DNA of 64,000 nucleotides from Eledone cirrhosa (GCA_964016885.1 OZ024743.1:266352001-266416000), one strand, 5' to 3'; shown: positions 1 to 12,690, numbered from the stretch's first letter. A program made the numbers and translations. The notes: generated by a model not told the origin, from the sequence alone.

Positions 1-103
1 TCAGCATATATATATATATATATATATATATTTCCCAAGATCAGCATATATATATATATATATATATATATGTCCCAAATTCAGCATATATATATAGATA
101 TAT

Positions 104-265
104 ATGTCCCAAGGCTCTGATACCATCAACACTATAAACACAGAGCTGGCATATCTAAGAACTGACTAACTGCCTGATGAGGTCATAGCCATTCAATGGT
201 TATCATCGAAATATATATAGCAGTAAATAAAGAATCATGAGTTCATGCAATTGACTTATGTTTCG

Positions 266-270
<5 letters not shown>
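104..270 (+). mobile_element. ~165-bp HHR-bearing non-autonomous PLE/retrozyme-like repeat (family F1), copy 1
   Basis: Flanked by (TA)n on both sides; near-identical reverse-complement copy at 766-930; contains a canonical hammerhead. Confidence 0.75.
169..224 (+). ncRNA. Type I minimal hammerhead ribozyme (F1)
   Basis: ACTGC-CTGATGA-GGTCATAGCCAT(TCA)ATGGTTATCATC-GAAA-TATATA-TA-GCAGT: 5-bp stem I, intact core, ~11-bp stem II, palindromic stem III; predicted cut after 219. Confidence 0.85.
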
Positions 271-333
<63 letters not shown>

Positions 334-497
334 TATGGGATAACAAGTTATCGTTATAGGTAATCCAGTTAATGGTTGTGAGTACTCTGCGTCGTGGATA
401 GTTTTAACGTACGGCTTTGTTTGACTCAACAAGATGCTTCCATAGTGATGCAGCGAGTTCGCGGTAATTCCTATGCAGGCTATACTTCGAGTAATAA

Positions 498-746
498 TAG
501 TGAAAGAATGAAGAGTAACATGGTTGACTGTACAATAAGGGGCTTTATTTCAAGTACTGACAATAGCTTCATTGATCAGATGAGTCTAGAGGTCGCTAAT
601 CGCTTGAAGTTGCGTCACTCGATCTCCAATACATTATTTTCCTCTGATCAACACATCACAGTACGCAATGAAACAATTGTCAGTACTTGAAATAAAGCCC
701 CTTATTGTACAGCCAACAATGTTACTACTCGGCATTCTTTCACTAT
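498..746. mobile_element. Tail-outward inverted pair of PLE pLTR fragments (family F2) with decayed HHR at 554-664 (-)
   Basis: 498-572 is the reverse complement of ~666-746; homologous to 28714-28880; GAAACAATTGTC hammerhead tail at 670-681. Confidence 0.7.
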
Positions 747-765
747 ATATATATATATATATATA

Positions 766-925
766 TAGTGACGAAACATAAGTCAACTGCATGAACTCAT
801 AATCCTATCCTTTATTTACTGCTATATATATTTCGATGATAGCCATTGAATGGCTATGACCTCATCAGGCAGTTAGTCAGTTCTTAGATATGCCAGCTCT
901 GTGTTTATAGTGTATCAGAGCCTTG

Positions 926-930
<5 letters not shown>
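766..930 (-). mobile_element. Family F1 copy 2
   Basis: Reverse complement of 104-270, flanked by (TA)n. Confidence 0.75.
818..873 (-). ncRNA. Type I minimal hammerhead ribozyme (F1 copy 2)
   Basis: TCATCAG at 862-868 and TTTC at 831-834; stem II has G-C where copy 1 has G-U. Confidence 0.85.
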
Positions 931-996
<66 letters not shown>

Positions 997-1420
997 TATA
1001 TGCGTGTGTGTGCATGCGTTTGTGTAGCTGGGTGTGTATGCAAGTGTACGTGGTCGTGAGTACATGTATATATATTTACACAGACACACGCGCACGCACT
1101 TATATAACTATATATATAAAGACAGAGAGAGAATTAGCTGCAAAGGTATATTACGTACACGAATATATTTTCTATTAGAATATATATATAAAATAAGTAA
1201 TCTTGATGTTGATATTGAAAGTTTGGCAGGGGCACAATTTTTTCTCGATTGGGACATTTCCAATCAGTTTACGTTCTTCTACGATGCCAATTCACTGAAT
1301 ACAGACAATATAAATCCAACTTAACCAACGCAGTATGATGATATGTAAAATATTGTCGAAAATTACCACAACCGCTGGAGGCTTATGGAAAATATATATA
1401 TTCTGTTGAACATACAACGC

Positions 1421-1510
<90 letters not shown>

Positions 1511-2512
1511 TTATGTGTGAGAACGTGGGTTTGTGTGCCTATATAAATAGATATACACAGTGAGAGAGTGAGGTTAGAGTAGAAAGTAAATGTTTATATT
1601 CATACATATATGTGTGTATGTTTGCCCGCACGTGTTTGTGTGAGATCGTTTTGTAGTGCTTCTATTAACGTGTATTCCAGTAAAAAGTGATATATTGTCA
1701 AGATCGTCGATGAATAAAGCGGTAAATACACAAATTTGATGGAAAGAGAGATTTTTGGATCTCTGCTGGATGAAATATATGAGAAAAATTCATGAGTGTC
1801 AACGGGCATCCAATACTGGAGAAATATGCTTTCTTTATATATAAATATCTGTCTATTTATATGTTTATGTAAATACACTTGAAGGATCATACTCCTTAAT
1901 ATTGATGTGATGTTACTTATTCATCAATCCCACACACCTAGTTAAAAGTATGACTCGAAAACACTCAGGAATTTTACAGTAAATTTCTCTAAAAATTGTA
2001 TACAGCCACGATTATTGAATATGTTCAGTTGAAATAGGGATAGATTTTAGTTTAGTAAATTAAAACTAGTTATTAGCCCCTCGTAATATTGTTTTTTTTT
2101 TCTTCTGATTATTGCTATATCGTACAGCTTCCATGACATGGTTCAGTGCGATCTTAATTTTTCTAAATTTGGCTCCTATTTTTCTTAGGACGACCGTATA
2201 AACCTTACTCTGTTGACATTTTCCTGTCGACGTATTAGTTTTCTACAAACATCGACTGAAAGCCATTCGCATCAATATCATCTGGCTGGGAGGAATTATG
2301 AATGATATGGAATGTGTTCCTTTCTTCTGTCAAAATCATGGTAGTTTCGTTAATTATTTTACATTATTTGCTATTTGAAATTTTGACCGATTCGTTGGTT
2401 TAGCCTATTCTATCAGATTTCAGAAAATAATTCTCTGTAATAACTTTCTATTTACGATATGACCTCTCTATAAAGTTAGGCATTCATTTTATTGAAAGGA
2501 TATGGTATATAT

Positions 2513-3084
2513 TTAACTGTTTGTTTGTGTGTGCGTGTACGAATATGTGTGTTGCGCTCCTGCGTGTCCCTGTATGTGTACGTCTGTCGTGTCTAGGTAT
2601 GTATTATCTATACGAGACGCAGAGATATTTACATATGTGTAAATCAGATTGAAAAATTGCGAGAAAGAGAGAAAGAGATAATAATTGTTTCTACTTTTGG
2701 CACATGACCAGAAATTACCAGTGCATTACTGGGATTGGCAGTATCGGTAGAGGGTCGGACGCCATGCTTTGATTCATAGAGTTACGGCCCTTTGCAATCT
2801 GAGTTCAAATCCCGCCGAGGTTAACTTTGCCTTTCATCCTTTCGGGGTCGATAAAATAAAGTACCAGTAATGCACTGGGTAATTGCTGGTCTTGTGCCAA
2901 AAGTAGAAACAATTATTATCTCTTTCTCTCTTTCTCGCAATTTTTCAATCTGATTTACACATAAGTAAATATTTCTGCGTCTCGTATACATAATACATAC
3001 CTACACGCGACATAAACACACATACAGGGACACGCAGGGACGCAAGACACATATTCGTACACGCACACACAAACAAACACTTAA
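2513..3084. repeat. Local inverted duplication, arms ~2513-2732 and ~2864-3084
   Basis: ~220-bp arms read as diverged reverse complements; each includes the SINE 3' end plus ~165 bp of flank. Confidence 0.9.
2731..2919 (+). mobile_element. tRNA-derived SINE, family A (central domain resembles Nin/Deu domain)
   Basis: A box TGGCAGTATCGG, B box GAGTTCAAATCC, core TTTGCCTTTCATCCTTTCGGGGTCGATAAAATAAAGTACCAG, (ATT)n tail; several copies in the window. Confidence 0.85.
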
Positions 3085-4201
3085 TAGATAATAATATAGT
3101 AGAAATACAACTACACACACCCACATACTTCTATACACATTTATATAAAAGAAATAATATTAATATAAATAATATAAAAATACATCTAAAATCTAACCTC
3201 CTTATTAGATCAGTCCTTTCGGAAACATATGGCGGGTACTTATAAATTTTCTCTCTTTTTTTCCAGAAATATCTGTGGGTTTTTCATTTTTTTTCTTATT
3301 CTTTTTCCGCTATTTTAATGCAACGCACTGATTTTGCTGTAGTTTTGAAATTACTGCTGGCGCCATTTCGTCCCGTCATTTCGTTCCGGCGTTCCAATTT
3401 TATTAGAAACAATTTGAACGAAAATAGAAAATTTATTTTCTAAAGAATAATATGAAATAAAGTAAAAGAGCATAAGAATAAACGTTTATTTATTTATTTT
3501 TTGTTTTATAGTAGGTTATTTTGGCTTCTATTCTTTTTTCATTTCATTCTTTCTCGTCTTCTTATTTCTATATCTTCCTCTTCTTATGTTTTAGCTCTTC
3601 ATCTCCACCTTCGTTTTCTCCCCCTTCATCGACATAGTTCTTTTATTCTTTCTTAATTTTTTTCTGCCATTTTCCTTTATATTTTCTTCTAATCGTCATC
3701 ATCATCATCATCATCATCGCCATCAACATCCTTTATCTTTTCCTTTTCTTATTTTTCAGATACATCGTTCTACACTACATTGTCGTTTTCTCTCTTTTCT
3801 GCTGAAAACATAATTCTTATCGTTGTTTTGCATTTTCCTCATTTTATTTTTTCTAATTCTTCGGGGATTGTTTTTTTTCTCAATTTTTCTTCTTTCATTT
3901 TATTTTTACATTTATTATAACTGTTCAGCTCAACATGTGATAATCTTTTATTAAGTAACATTATATATCATCCTCTGCTACTTCCTCATCATAATCAGTT
4001 GGTGTTATTTTTCTTATTGTTGTATTGTATTGTAATTATGTTTTTTGTCGAACTATAAAATTGATTACGAAATATCAGAAGAAATTTAAAGCTGCGTTTC
4101 TGATCTTTTTTAATGAAATTATTATATAACATATCGATATGAACAAGCAGTTTTCTTCTTGTTTAGTGAGACATGAATTGACAAGTCTGCTCTGCTCGCT
4201 T

Positions 4202-4344
<143 letters not shown>

Positions 4345-4990
4345 GATATATGATATATATGATATATGTTATATGTATATATATATGTATGTATATATAT
4401 ATGTATGTATATATATAATGTTTAAGAATGGAAGGGAGGCTGGGGGCAAAGAAATAAATCCGCAGTTAAATAAGGTAATCAGTACATTAACTGGAAATGG
4501 AAAATGATTTATGTCATATAGTTATGAATTCTAAAGAAACAGGATAGATGATTCGAAACGGATGTGTGTATGTATGTATGTTCTGTTCAAACATCTCTCA
4601 TGCCAATAACATATTGGATCGTCCTGAGTAGATCGAACCTTCTTCTGGCTTTATCGTTTTCCACTATCGTATAGGTTTCAAAGGTCTTCACCCAGTTATG
4701 TATATTAGTCTGGAGGAAGATTTGTCTGATTAAAAAAATGCATGAATTTACGTTTGGACCTGCTTGTATGAGTCACACTTATCGTAGTGTCGAAATAAGA
4801 AAACCGTGGCTGGTGCTCCCATTGGGGGTCTTATTGCCGTCTCATAAGATGAATCTACCATATTCTGAAATTTCAGGTTGATCGGTTTGAAAACAAATAT
4901 ACAGTGACGCAAGACGAGCACAGTGCCAGTTTTGTTTGAGTTAACCTATGTATAAATAAATACATATATACATACAGATATACAACACAC

Positions 4991-5039
<49 letters not shown>

Positions 5040-5326
5040 CATATTTTATAAATATATTTCATATATATATATATATATATATGTTTTATAATATATATAT
5101 ATTTATATATTTATAACAGGTTAAAATGTAGGCAAAGAATCGCTGCTTTCACCCTTAACGGGATATTCTGAAACTAAAAAGATCAATCTGTGAACGCAAA
5201 AGTAAATATTTCTGAAAACGTTGCAACCGAAGGAAGATAGGAAGACGATACTTTGTTTCGTGGAAACGTTCCCTGGCAAAGAACAGAAAAGAACGAAGAT
5301 AATACGTCATTATTTGGAGCGGTGAA

Positions 5327-5413
5327 CTTTGCCTTTCATCCTTCCGAGGTTGATAGAATAAAGTACCAGTAATGCATTGGGTAATTGCTGGCCTTGTGCC
5401 AACGGTAGAAACA
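5327..5413 (+). mobile_element. 5'-truncated SINE A with 18-bp TSD
   Basis: ATTATTTGGAGCGGTGAA at 5309-5326 and 5414-5431; the opposite inverted arm has the empty site. Confidence 0.9.
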
Positions 5414-5780
5414 ATTATTTGGAGCGGTGAAAATCAACTACACGCAAAGACAAAACCACGTTAGTGGTACAAATGAAGTCGTAGACTAATATCCTATTAG
5501 GTGGTTCGTGGAGATGTTCTCTGGCAATGAACGGATAAAATGAAGATAATACGTCATTATGTGGAACATTGAGAACAATTACACGCTAGGCAAAACCACG
5601 TTTATGGTATAACTGAAGTCGTAGACTACAATTCTATTTAGGAAACCGAATGATTCTCAGCTTCAGAGTTATGAATAATGTAAATAAATCATAGAGGTAA
5701 TTGAAATCAACAAAAATTAAATATATACATGCACGCATCCATATACGTACATACACATGCATACGCGAAAACACCCGCCA

Positions 5781-6093
5781 ATAGATTCAAGCAGCGTCTT
5801 TACATGCATACTCTTTCTTTCCTTTAAGAAGGAATATGACGTCACTTTCAGCTTACTTCTGGAGTCTAAAAGACAACAACACCCAATATAAGTTACACTG
5901 GGAGATTCTTGCTAGGGCTAAATCTTATAACAGAAATAAAAGACCATGTGACCTCTGCGCCGCTGAAGCCCTGGAAATACTCTACTCGAAAGACCACATC
6001 TTAAACAAAAAGTCTGAGGCAATTTCGGCTTGTAAACATAAATTGCACGAAACTTTACTGTATTACAGCCCCACATTACACCCTAACGGATAG
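5781..6093 (+). pseudogene. PLE GIY-YIG endonuclease C-terminal fragment
   Basis: TSLSAYFWSLK...WEILARAKSY...CDLCAAEALEIL...LNKKSEAISACKH matches the other PLE endonuclease tails in the window. Confidence 0.8.
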
Positions 6094-7262
6094 TACGAAC
6101 TATACGCGGATATTTTACGTATTGTTGTGGTAGCTAAGTATATGTTATGTTTATACCATTGCTTATTTGTATGGGTAAGTATATATTACCTATATGTTTT
6201 GTGAAGGTACGTATACTTTCTCGTAGTATATTTGCTTGTATACGTTATAGGCGTATATATTATATTATATATACATGTGCATATGGTTATGTGTAAACGT
6301 GAGTTTCGCGTCTGTGTGAGTATGCGGGTTCGTACGTATGTAGGGTTTGTGTATATGTGTACTTTGTATTTTGGTTGACGTACGTTTAGCGAACATATGT
6401 GTATTTACATGTAGGTATATGTGTGCGCGCGTTATATACGTATTTATGTTTGTATATTTATATACGTTTATATAATTATATGTATATACACACACACACA
6501 CACATATATATATATATTTGTTTATATATATTTTTATATGTATTTAGTGTATACGTTCGTATGTGTACGTGCTTGTATTTGCATACCCATGGCGGGTGTT
6601 TTCGCGTGTGCATGTGTATGTACGTATATGGATGCATGCATGTATACATTTAATTTTTGTTGATTTCAGTTACCTCTGTAATTTATTTACATTATTCTTA
6701 ACTCTGAAGCCGAGAATCATTCGGTTTCCTAAATTGAATTTTAGTCTACGACTTCAGTTATACCATAAACGTGGTTTTGCCTTCCGTCTAATTGTTCTCA
6801 CGCGCCACATAATGGCGTATTATCTTCGTTTTTTTTTCGTTCATTGCCAGAAAACGTCTCCACAAACCACCTAATAGAATATTAGTCTACGACTTCATTT
6901 AAACCATTAACGTTGTTTTGTATTTGCGTGTAATTGTTTTCACCGCTCCAAATAATGGTGTATTTATTCGTTTTTTCCGTTCTTTGCCAGGGAACGTGTC
7001 CACCAACCAAAGTATCGTCTTCCTGTCTTCCTTCGGTTGCAATGTTTTTCGAAATATTCACATCTGCGTTCACAGATTGATTTTTTAGTTTCAGAAGATC
7101 CCGTTAAGGGTGAAAGCAGCGATTCTTTGCTTAAAGTTTAATCTGTTATTTTAATAAATATTTGCTCTACGGTTCTTATATATTTGATATATATTTATCC
7201 TTATCGAGCCCTCTTTGGATTTTTGTCTTCAAATTTATTATTATTACTATATATATATATAT

Positions 7263-7420
7263 AGGAGAAAGTATGACCCCGACGGCAGAGCTCCCCCCGT
7301 TTCGACGGCTATATCATTATTACCCACTCTACTACCGTAAGTATTGAGTACTCTGGTGCGTTATGGTTCACCTGGTTCTTTACCACAATTCCTCCGTTAT
7401 ATATATATATATATATAAAT
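7263..7420. mobile_element. Rearranged half-hammerhead repeat (family F6)
   Basis: Homologous to 38674-38820 and 27205-27322, with its two halves in opposite orientation; embedded in (TA)n. Confidence 0.7.
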
Positions 7421-7584
7421 TATGTCTCATATAAAATAATACAACCAGCTATCCACGGAATACTGATTAGTTAGCACTCCAAACACTAAATTGGGTGTAT
7501 ACTTAGGTATATCCTAATAATGTTTGTTGACTGAGATGGAGTTGGTAAGAGTATCGTTTAAAGCTTTCTCTGTTAATGTATTAA

Positions 7585-7626
<42 letters not shown>

Positions 7627-7837
7627 GCAGGCGATTTTAGACTATATTTTCCTACTATAGTTTGTAAATTCAAGATAAGTGTGTTGAAATGGTGGATTGG
7701 AAAGTAGACGCAATGTCTGCCAGCGGTGAGTGATGACACGTAGAATTATTATCAGTTAGTGTGAGTTCCTGAACTTGGTTTTCCTATTGCAGTCATGCAA
7801 ACATAGAATACACACACATATATATATACATATATAC

Positions 7838-7950
<113 letters not shown>

Positions 7951-7951
7951 C

Positions 7952-7999
<48 letters not shown>

Positions 8000-8116
8000 G
8001 TATGTGTGTGTGCGTGCTTGCATATTCAAAGATGTATATATATGTTATACATTAATATACCTATATATTACTATTACGTGTTCCAGCCGAGAGTTTGAGG
8101 CTATGCTGGAACACCA

Positions 8117-8164
<48 letters not shown>

Positions 8165-10299
8165 ATAAACATACTTTTCGTGCACCATTCTCATGTATTC
8201 TACGCTCTAGACAAAGGTTAAATTGAGGCCTTGATAGTAAGTAATTTTACAGAGAAATTGCCTAGTTAAGGCTACTAAATCTTCACGATTTTGTTTGTGA
8301 ACAATTTTCAATTGTATTCCCTGGATAAATGAGCTATATCCAACCCCTTTGCAGGTCATCTAGGACTAACAGTGCAGGAAAAGGATGAACGTATAGAGAA
8401 TTCGAAAGGATTAAATTTCTGCGAAGGAGGGATTCGTTCTTGTGGCTACTTAGGTTAAAAGATTATAGGTAATGATAGCAGGATAAACCAAGAATTGGAG
8501 AGAGTGTGAACAGAAATAGCACAAGACCAGCCATATGTGAAGAGAAGATGATGTTGCTGTAGCAGTAAAAAGGCTAATTGAGGAGTCAGAACAGGTTTAG
8601 ACAAGAATTTGAAGTGACGTTGATGAATATCGTCATATTAATCAGTAACATGATCATTGTAATTATATATATCAGTAGTACCATCCTTGACTAGTTCTCA
8701 CTGCATTAGGATTGTGTGGTCTCATTTCATATTTGTTAGAGATTAGTAGTATGTATTTAGACTGTGTGAAACAAGACGTTTTGGGTATACTTCAGATCTC
8801 GCTATATATTCCTGTCTAGCTCAATATAAATACGCTATAAACCTAGTCTTTTTGCTCTACGTTGTTGAAAAGTTTTAGTTTCAGTAAGAAGAGCAATAAC
8901 ACTCAACAGTAGTTAATGAAACATTAAGTTTGCGAAACAATAATGAATCTGTTTGGTTAATGAATAAAACAAAGGCCTGTTTTTGTCTTTAAACATAAAA
9001 TAGTATTGGTATTTCCGTAGCAGACAAAACAGAAATGTGGTGATAATTAAATCAATAAATAAAATTATAAATTTGAATAAAATACAATTAAACATTTATA
9101 TTTTTTCATGTTTTTATTTTTTCAATTTTTTGTTTGTATTTAGTTTCGAAAAATGTGTTGGACTTTTGAGATTTTTCCCCACCTAACTCATATTCCTCAC
9201 CCACTATACTTTAGCACACTGTGAATAATACTTCCCAGTAAGTTTATTTATAGATTCTAACCAAAATGTGACTAAACACCATGATGTTTCTGCATGAATA
9301 GGAATTATTCGGCTATAACTCTTGGTGAATTGATTCATTCATCTTTTTTTTTCTCTTGTTTTCTTTTCATTTCTTTTTCTTCTCTTTCTTTTCGAGGATT
9401 TGAGTAATTTCTGCATCAAAGAATTCGAACATTTTTTTTGTTCTTTGAATGACCGCCTTCATTTGCATAGATTTATTATCGGGAGTAAATTGCTGTAGGT
9501 TGTGACAAATGTTGATACATGCACAAACATCTTTACCAATTTAAATTAAAAGAAGAATACAACCTTCAGAAGAACAAAATAGAAGTCACGCATATCTAGA
9601 ACATTAGGAACCAATCGATGCTGATGGCAATCGGAAAGCAATGGAAATTTCGGCTTTAGCACTTGCATGTCAGATTTGTCGGACTGGAAAAATTTAACCT
9701 GGAACTATTTGCATAGATTAAAATGAAATGGGAATCGAGTAAAAGAGCGCTAACAATCATTACAACGAACAAAGAAATGGGTCAAAAATTAATATATGGA
9801 AACAACAAAATAATGCAAATAAAACGCTATCTCACTTTTGGTTTGTTGTTGATTGTTTGCTATAAATATTTCCAAACAATTTGATATTTTCAAAATGATA
9901 TTTTGAAAATGGCGTAAAAATATTTTTCCCCTTCTGCTATCTGTTTGGATGAAGAATTTTTAGAACATTAACAAAGCTGTTAAAATATGAATACGAATGA
10001 GGAATCTCCTATTGTTATATAAGATGCTGTTGTTGTTATTCATGCTGTTTAAGATACTGCTCGTATTGTTGATTGTTGTTGTTTTTTAAGAGTTTGTCTT
10101 TTGCTATTGTGATTATTACTAATATTACACGAGCCGTAATTACCAATATTTCTTCATTTAAGAACATGAAATCTCTACACGAAAAAAAAAAGATTCTTTC
10201 TCATTTTAGTAATCTAACTTGTTATTGATAACCTCCACAGCTGTTATATAAGTAACCTTGATGTATTCCTTTTAAGTACACTATCCCAGATTTCTGATT

Positions 10300-10600
10300 G
10301 GAAGCGCGGGCTTAGTTGATAGGGTTTCCGTCTCACAATTGTATGAACGTGGGTACGATTACCAGGGGTTTATTGTGTCCTCGAGCAAAATAAATTTAGG
10401 TCACAAATTTAGGTGACAAAATTATATGTACTTGTAATTCAACTGACTAGTATTGTCACTCACTGTGTTATGATGACCCTCTCTGAGAACTACGTTAAAA
10501 CGAGCATGGGTTTATTGAATACACAGCCAATTCAAGGTTAATTTTATGCGAAAACTGTTCCATTTGAACAAATGGAGCAATCCGAATCGACAGAGGTTCA
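10300..10600 (+). mobile_element. Decayed tRNA-derived SINE, family B
   Basis: tRNA-like head, TGTGTCCTCGAGCAA core, CTGAGAACTACGTTAA body; similar to 52587-52805 and 63105-63397. Confidence 0.6.
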
Positions 10601-11081
10601 CCGGACACACACACAGAGAAGACGTTTGAATACTTTAAATTCAACGGGGACATATTTGGTTAAAGAGAAAAAAATTCCCTTGTATTGTTCTTGTTGTTTA
10701 TCCCATGGCCAGCTGTGATCAAGGATAATTATTATAACGCATGCCCCACCCGTTTCGTTGTAAACACATTGATTCTCGGCAACATTATACAAAACCATTC
10801 TCATTTAAAGACAGTAGTATGATTTGCTTGTTATTTCCAATAAGCCAGCTATCGTGTAGACCTATAGCTAGATATTTGTGGATAACTCATGAATTTATTT
10901 GTCATACTTCAGAAACGATATTTTTTGACATCTTGCTGATGCTCACAAAGTTTAGTATAAATTTGTGTGTATACCTGTATACCTATGAACCAAGCCCAAT
11001 GTGCTGTACACTCACGCACACAAACACATACAAACTCATACACACACATATATACATATGTGTGTGTGTGAGTGAGACATG

Positions 11082-11115
<34 letters not shown>

Positions 11116-11159
11116 AATTAGTATATCTACCAACATATGTATACGGATGTATACCTATG

Positions 11160-11470
11160 CTAGCAAATATATATGTTATGTCTTAGTAACTTTGTGGTTC
11201 TATGCAAGGGGATACAGAACAATTATATGACAGACGTAAAATAAGAACATTTTTAAAATTAACTTACTTACTAAAATTTTCACTCCAACTATTTAGTTTC
11301 TGTAAGGGAATAAATATGGTTATGCAACGCAACCATAGAGAAATCCTTACGTCATCAGGGAGTCTATTCCCAGCAAAGTTCCCAGGCAATGCGTGGACAC
11401 AAGGAACTCATATAAAAATATTTTAGTCAGTAAGTTAATTTTAAAAATTTTCTTATTTTACGTCTTTCAT
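11160..11470 (-). mobile_element. HHR-bearing repeat family F3, with inverted tail copy at ~11421-11470
   Basis: Homologous to 52918-53180; 11421-11470 is the reverse complement of ~11225-11280. Confidence 0.75.
11282..11363 (-). ncRNA. Type I hammerhead ribozyme (F3)
   Basis: Minus strand ACTCC-CTGATGA-C-GTAAGG...CCTTAC-A-GAAA-CTAAATAG-TT-GGAGT. Confidence 0.75.
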
Positions 11471-11481
11471 ATATATATATA

Positions 11482-11716
11482 TAACATAAGAAACGGAGAA
11501 TCAGTGTTGCGACGAATAAAATTTATTAGACATATGACAATTGTTTCTCTGGTGACCAGCTCGAGGCACGATCGATGCAATGATCGAACCTGACTCTGGA
11601 ATCGCAAGGTCCTCAGATACGTCTCAATTCTACGAAGCAGAGTTTCCAAAGAAACGATTGTAATATGTCTAATAAATTTTATTCGTCGCAACACTGATTC
11701 TCCGTTTCTTATGTGA
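11482..11716. mobile_element. Tail-outward inverted pair, HHR family F4
   Basis: 11482-11548 is the reverse complement of ~11650-11716; diverged homolog at 25925-26185. Confidence 0.75.
11529..11623 (-). ncRNA. Type I hammerhead ribozyme with long stem II (F4)
   Basis: Minus strand GACGTAT-CTGAGGA-[~62 nt, CCAG/CTGG, AGG/CCT, CGATC/GATCG]-GAAA-CAATTG-TC-ATATGTC; 7-bp stem I, GUC site. Confidence 0.75.
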
Positions 11717-11787
11717 TATCATACTCTGCTCTGTAAGAGCATCGGGTGCTCAAACGGCATACCGCCTACGGACGCTTTAAGCATCCC

Positions 11788-11910
<123 letters not shown>

Positions 11911-12499
11911 CGGCGAGAATTAGGATGATATGACATCTCTTCATTTACTAAGATCATTAGAATGTATTGAATTGATATCAGATTAATTGAACTGTCAGAC
12001 AAAACGCCTTATAATATCTGTTCCAGCTTTTACATTCTGAGTACAAATTTTGCTGACATAAAATTTTTCTTTCATACGTGAACTTAGAACACAAATTGTC
12101 TGATGAAGCATTCTATTATTAGATTCATTAGACCGCCAGAAAAATGTGTTCCGACAACTGGTTCTGTGTCGTCTGAACTTTTAGCAAGCCGAGGTCAACT
12201 TTGCTTTCATTCTTCCATAGTCGACAAAGAAATTTAACAGAAAAGGCCGGTGGCTTACTGCAATTAAATAATCAACGCTTATAAGGCTGAACTATTCACA
12301 CTGACCCCTTTCTTCGGGAAATGAAAGAGGAGTTGTGGGCTACAATAATCGTCTAAAAACACCGCACAACATCGCAGAGGAGGGATATAGGTGGAATGAC
12401 GTGCTGTACAACACAGAATGTTTCGAAATAAAACATTGCCTGGTGCTCTACCGATTCTTCCAATACAACAAGTCCTTTAAGTATATTACTAACAATGGT

Positions 12500-12690
12500 T
12501 CCTAATATAGGTACAATGGCATCCACCTTCTGTGGGAAAGGAGAAAGTTGAATAAACCGACCTTGGTACTTTATTGCTTCTTTGTTTTGTCGACCCGGGA
12601 AGGACGAAAGGCAAAGTCGACCTCGGTAGTTTTCGGATTCAGAACATAGAAGTGAGTAACGTAGCAACGATTCTGCCAATCTACACCCTA
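12500..12690 (-). mobile_element. Decayed SINE A-related copy
   Basis: Reverse complement of the core (GTCGACCC...GAAAGGCAAAGTCGACCTCGG); further degenerate fragments near 11925-12240, 33440-33545 and 34400-34820. Confidence 0.6.

Larger units (their letters stand above)
5110..7150. mobile_element. 5'-truncated Penelope-like element with long inverted terminal arms (~5110-5780 / ~6590-7150)
   Basis: Arms are reverse complements; spacer encodes a GIY-YIG C-terminal fragment; partial third copy at 55480-55650. Confidence 0.75.

Noticed and set aside
394-690. 98-aa ORF
   Set aside because: Runs through the antisense F2 pLTR and its inversion junction; no protein motif.
8300-8560. Possible decayed LINE 3' end
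   Set aside because: Only vague similarity; no convincing motif.
12095-12160. CTGATGA...GAAA with TTGT/ACAA
   Set aside because: Stems II and III do not pair convincingly and no proper UH site; at best a very old remnant.
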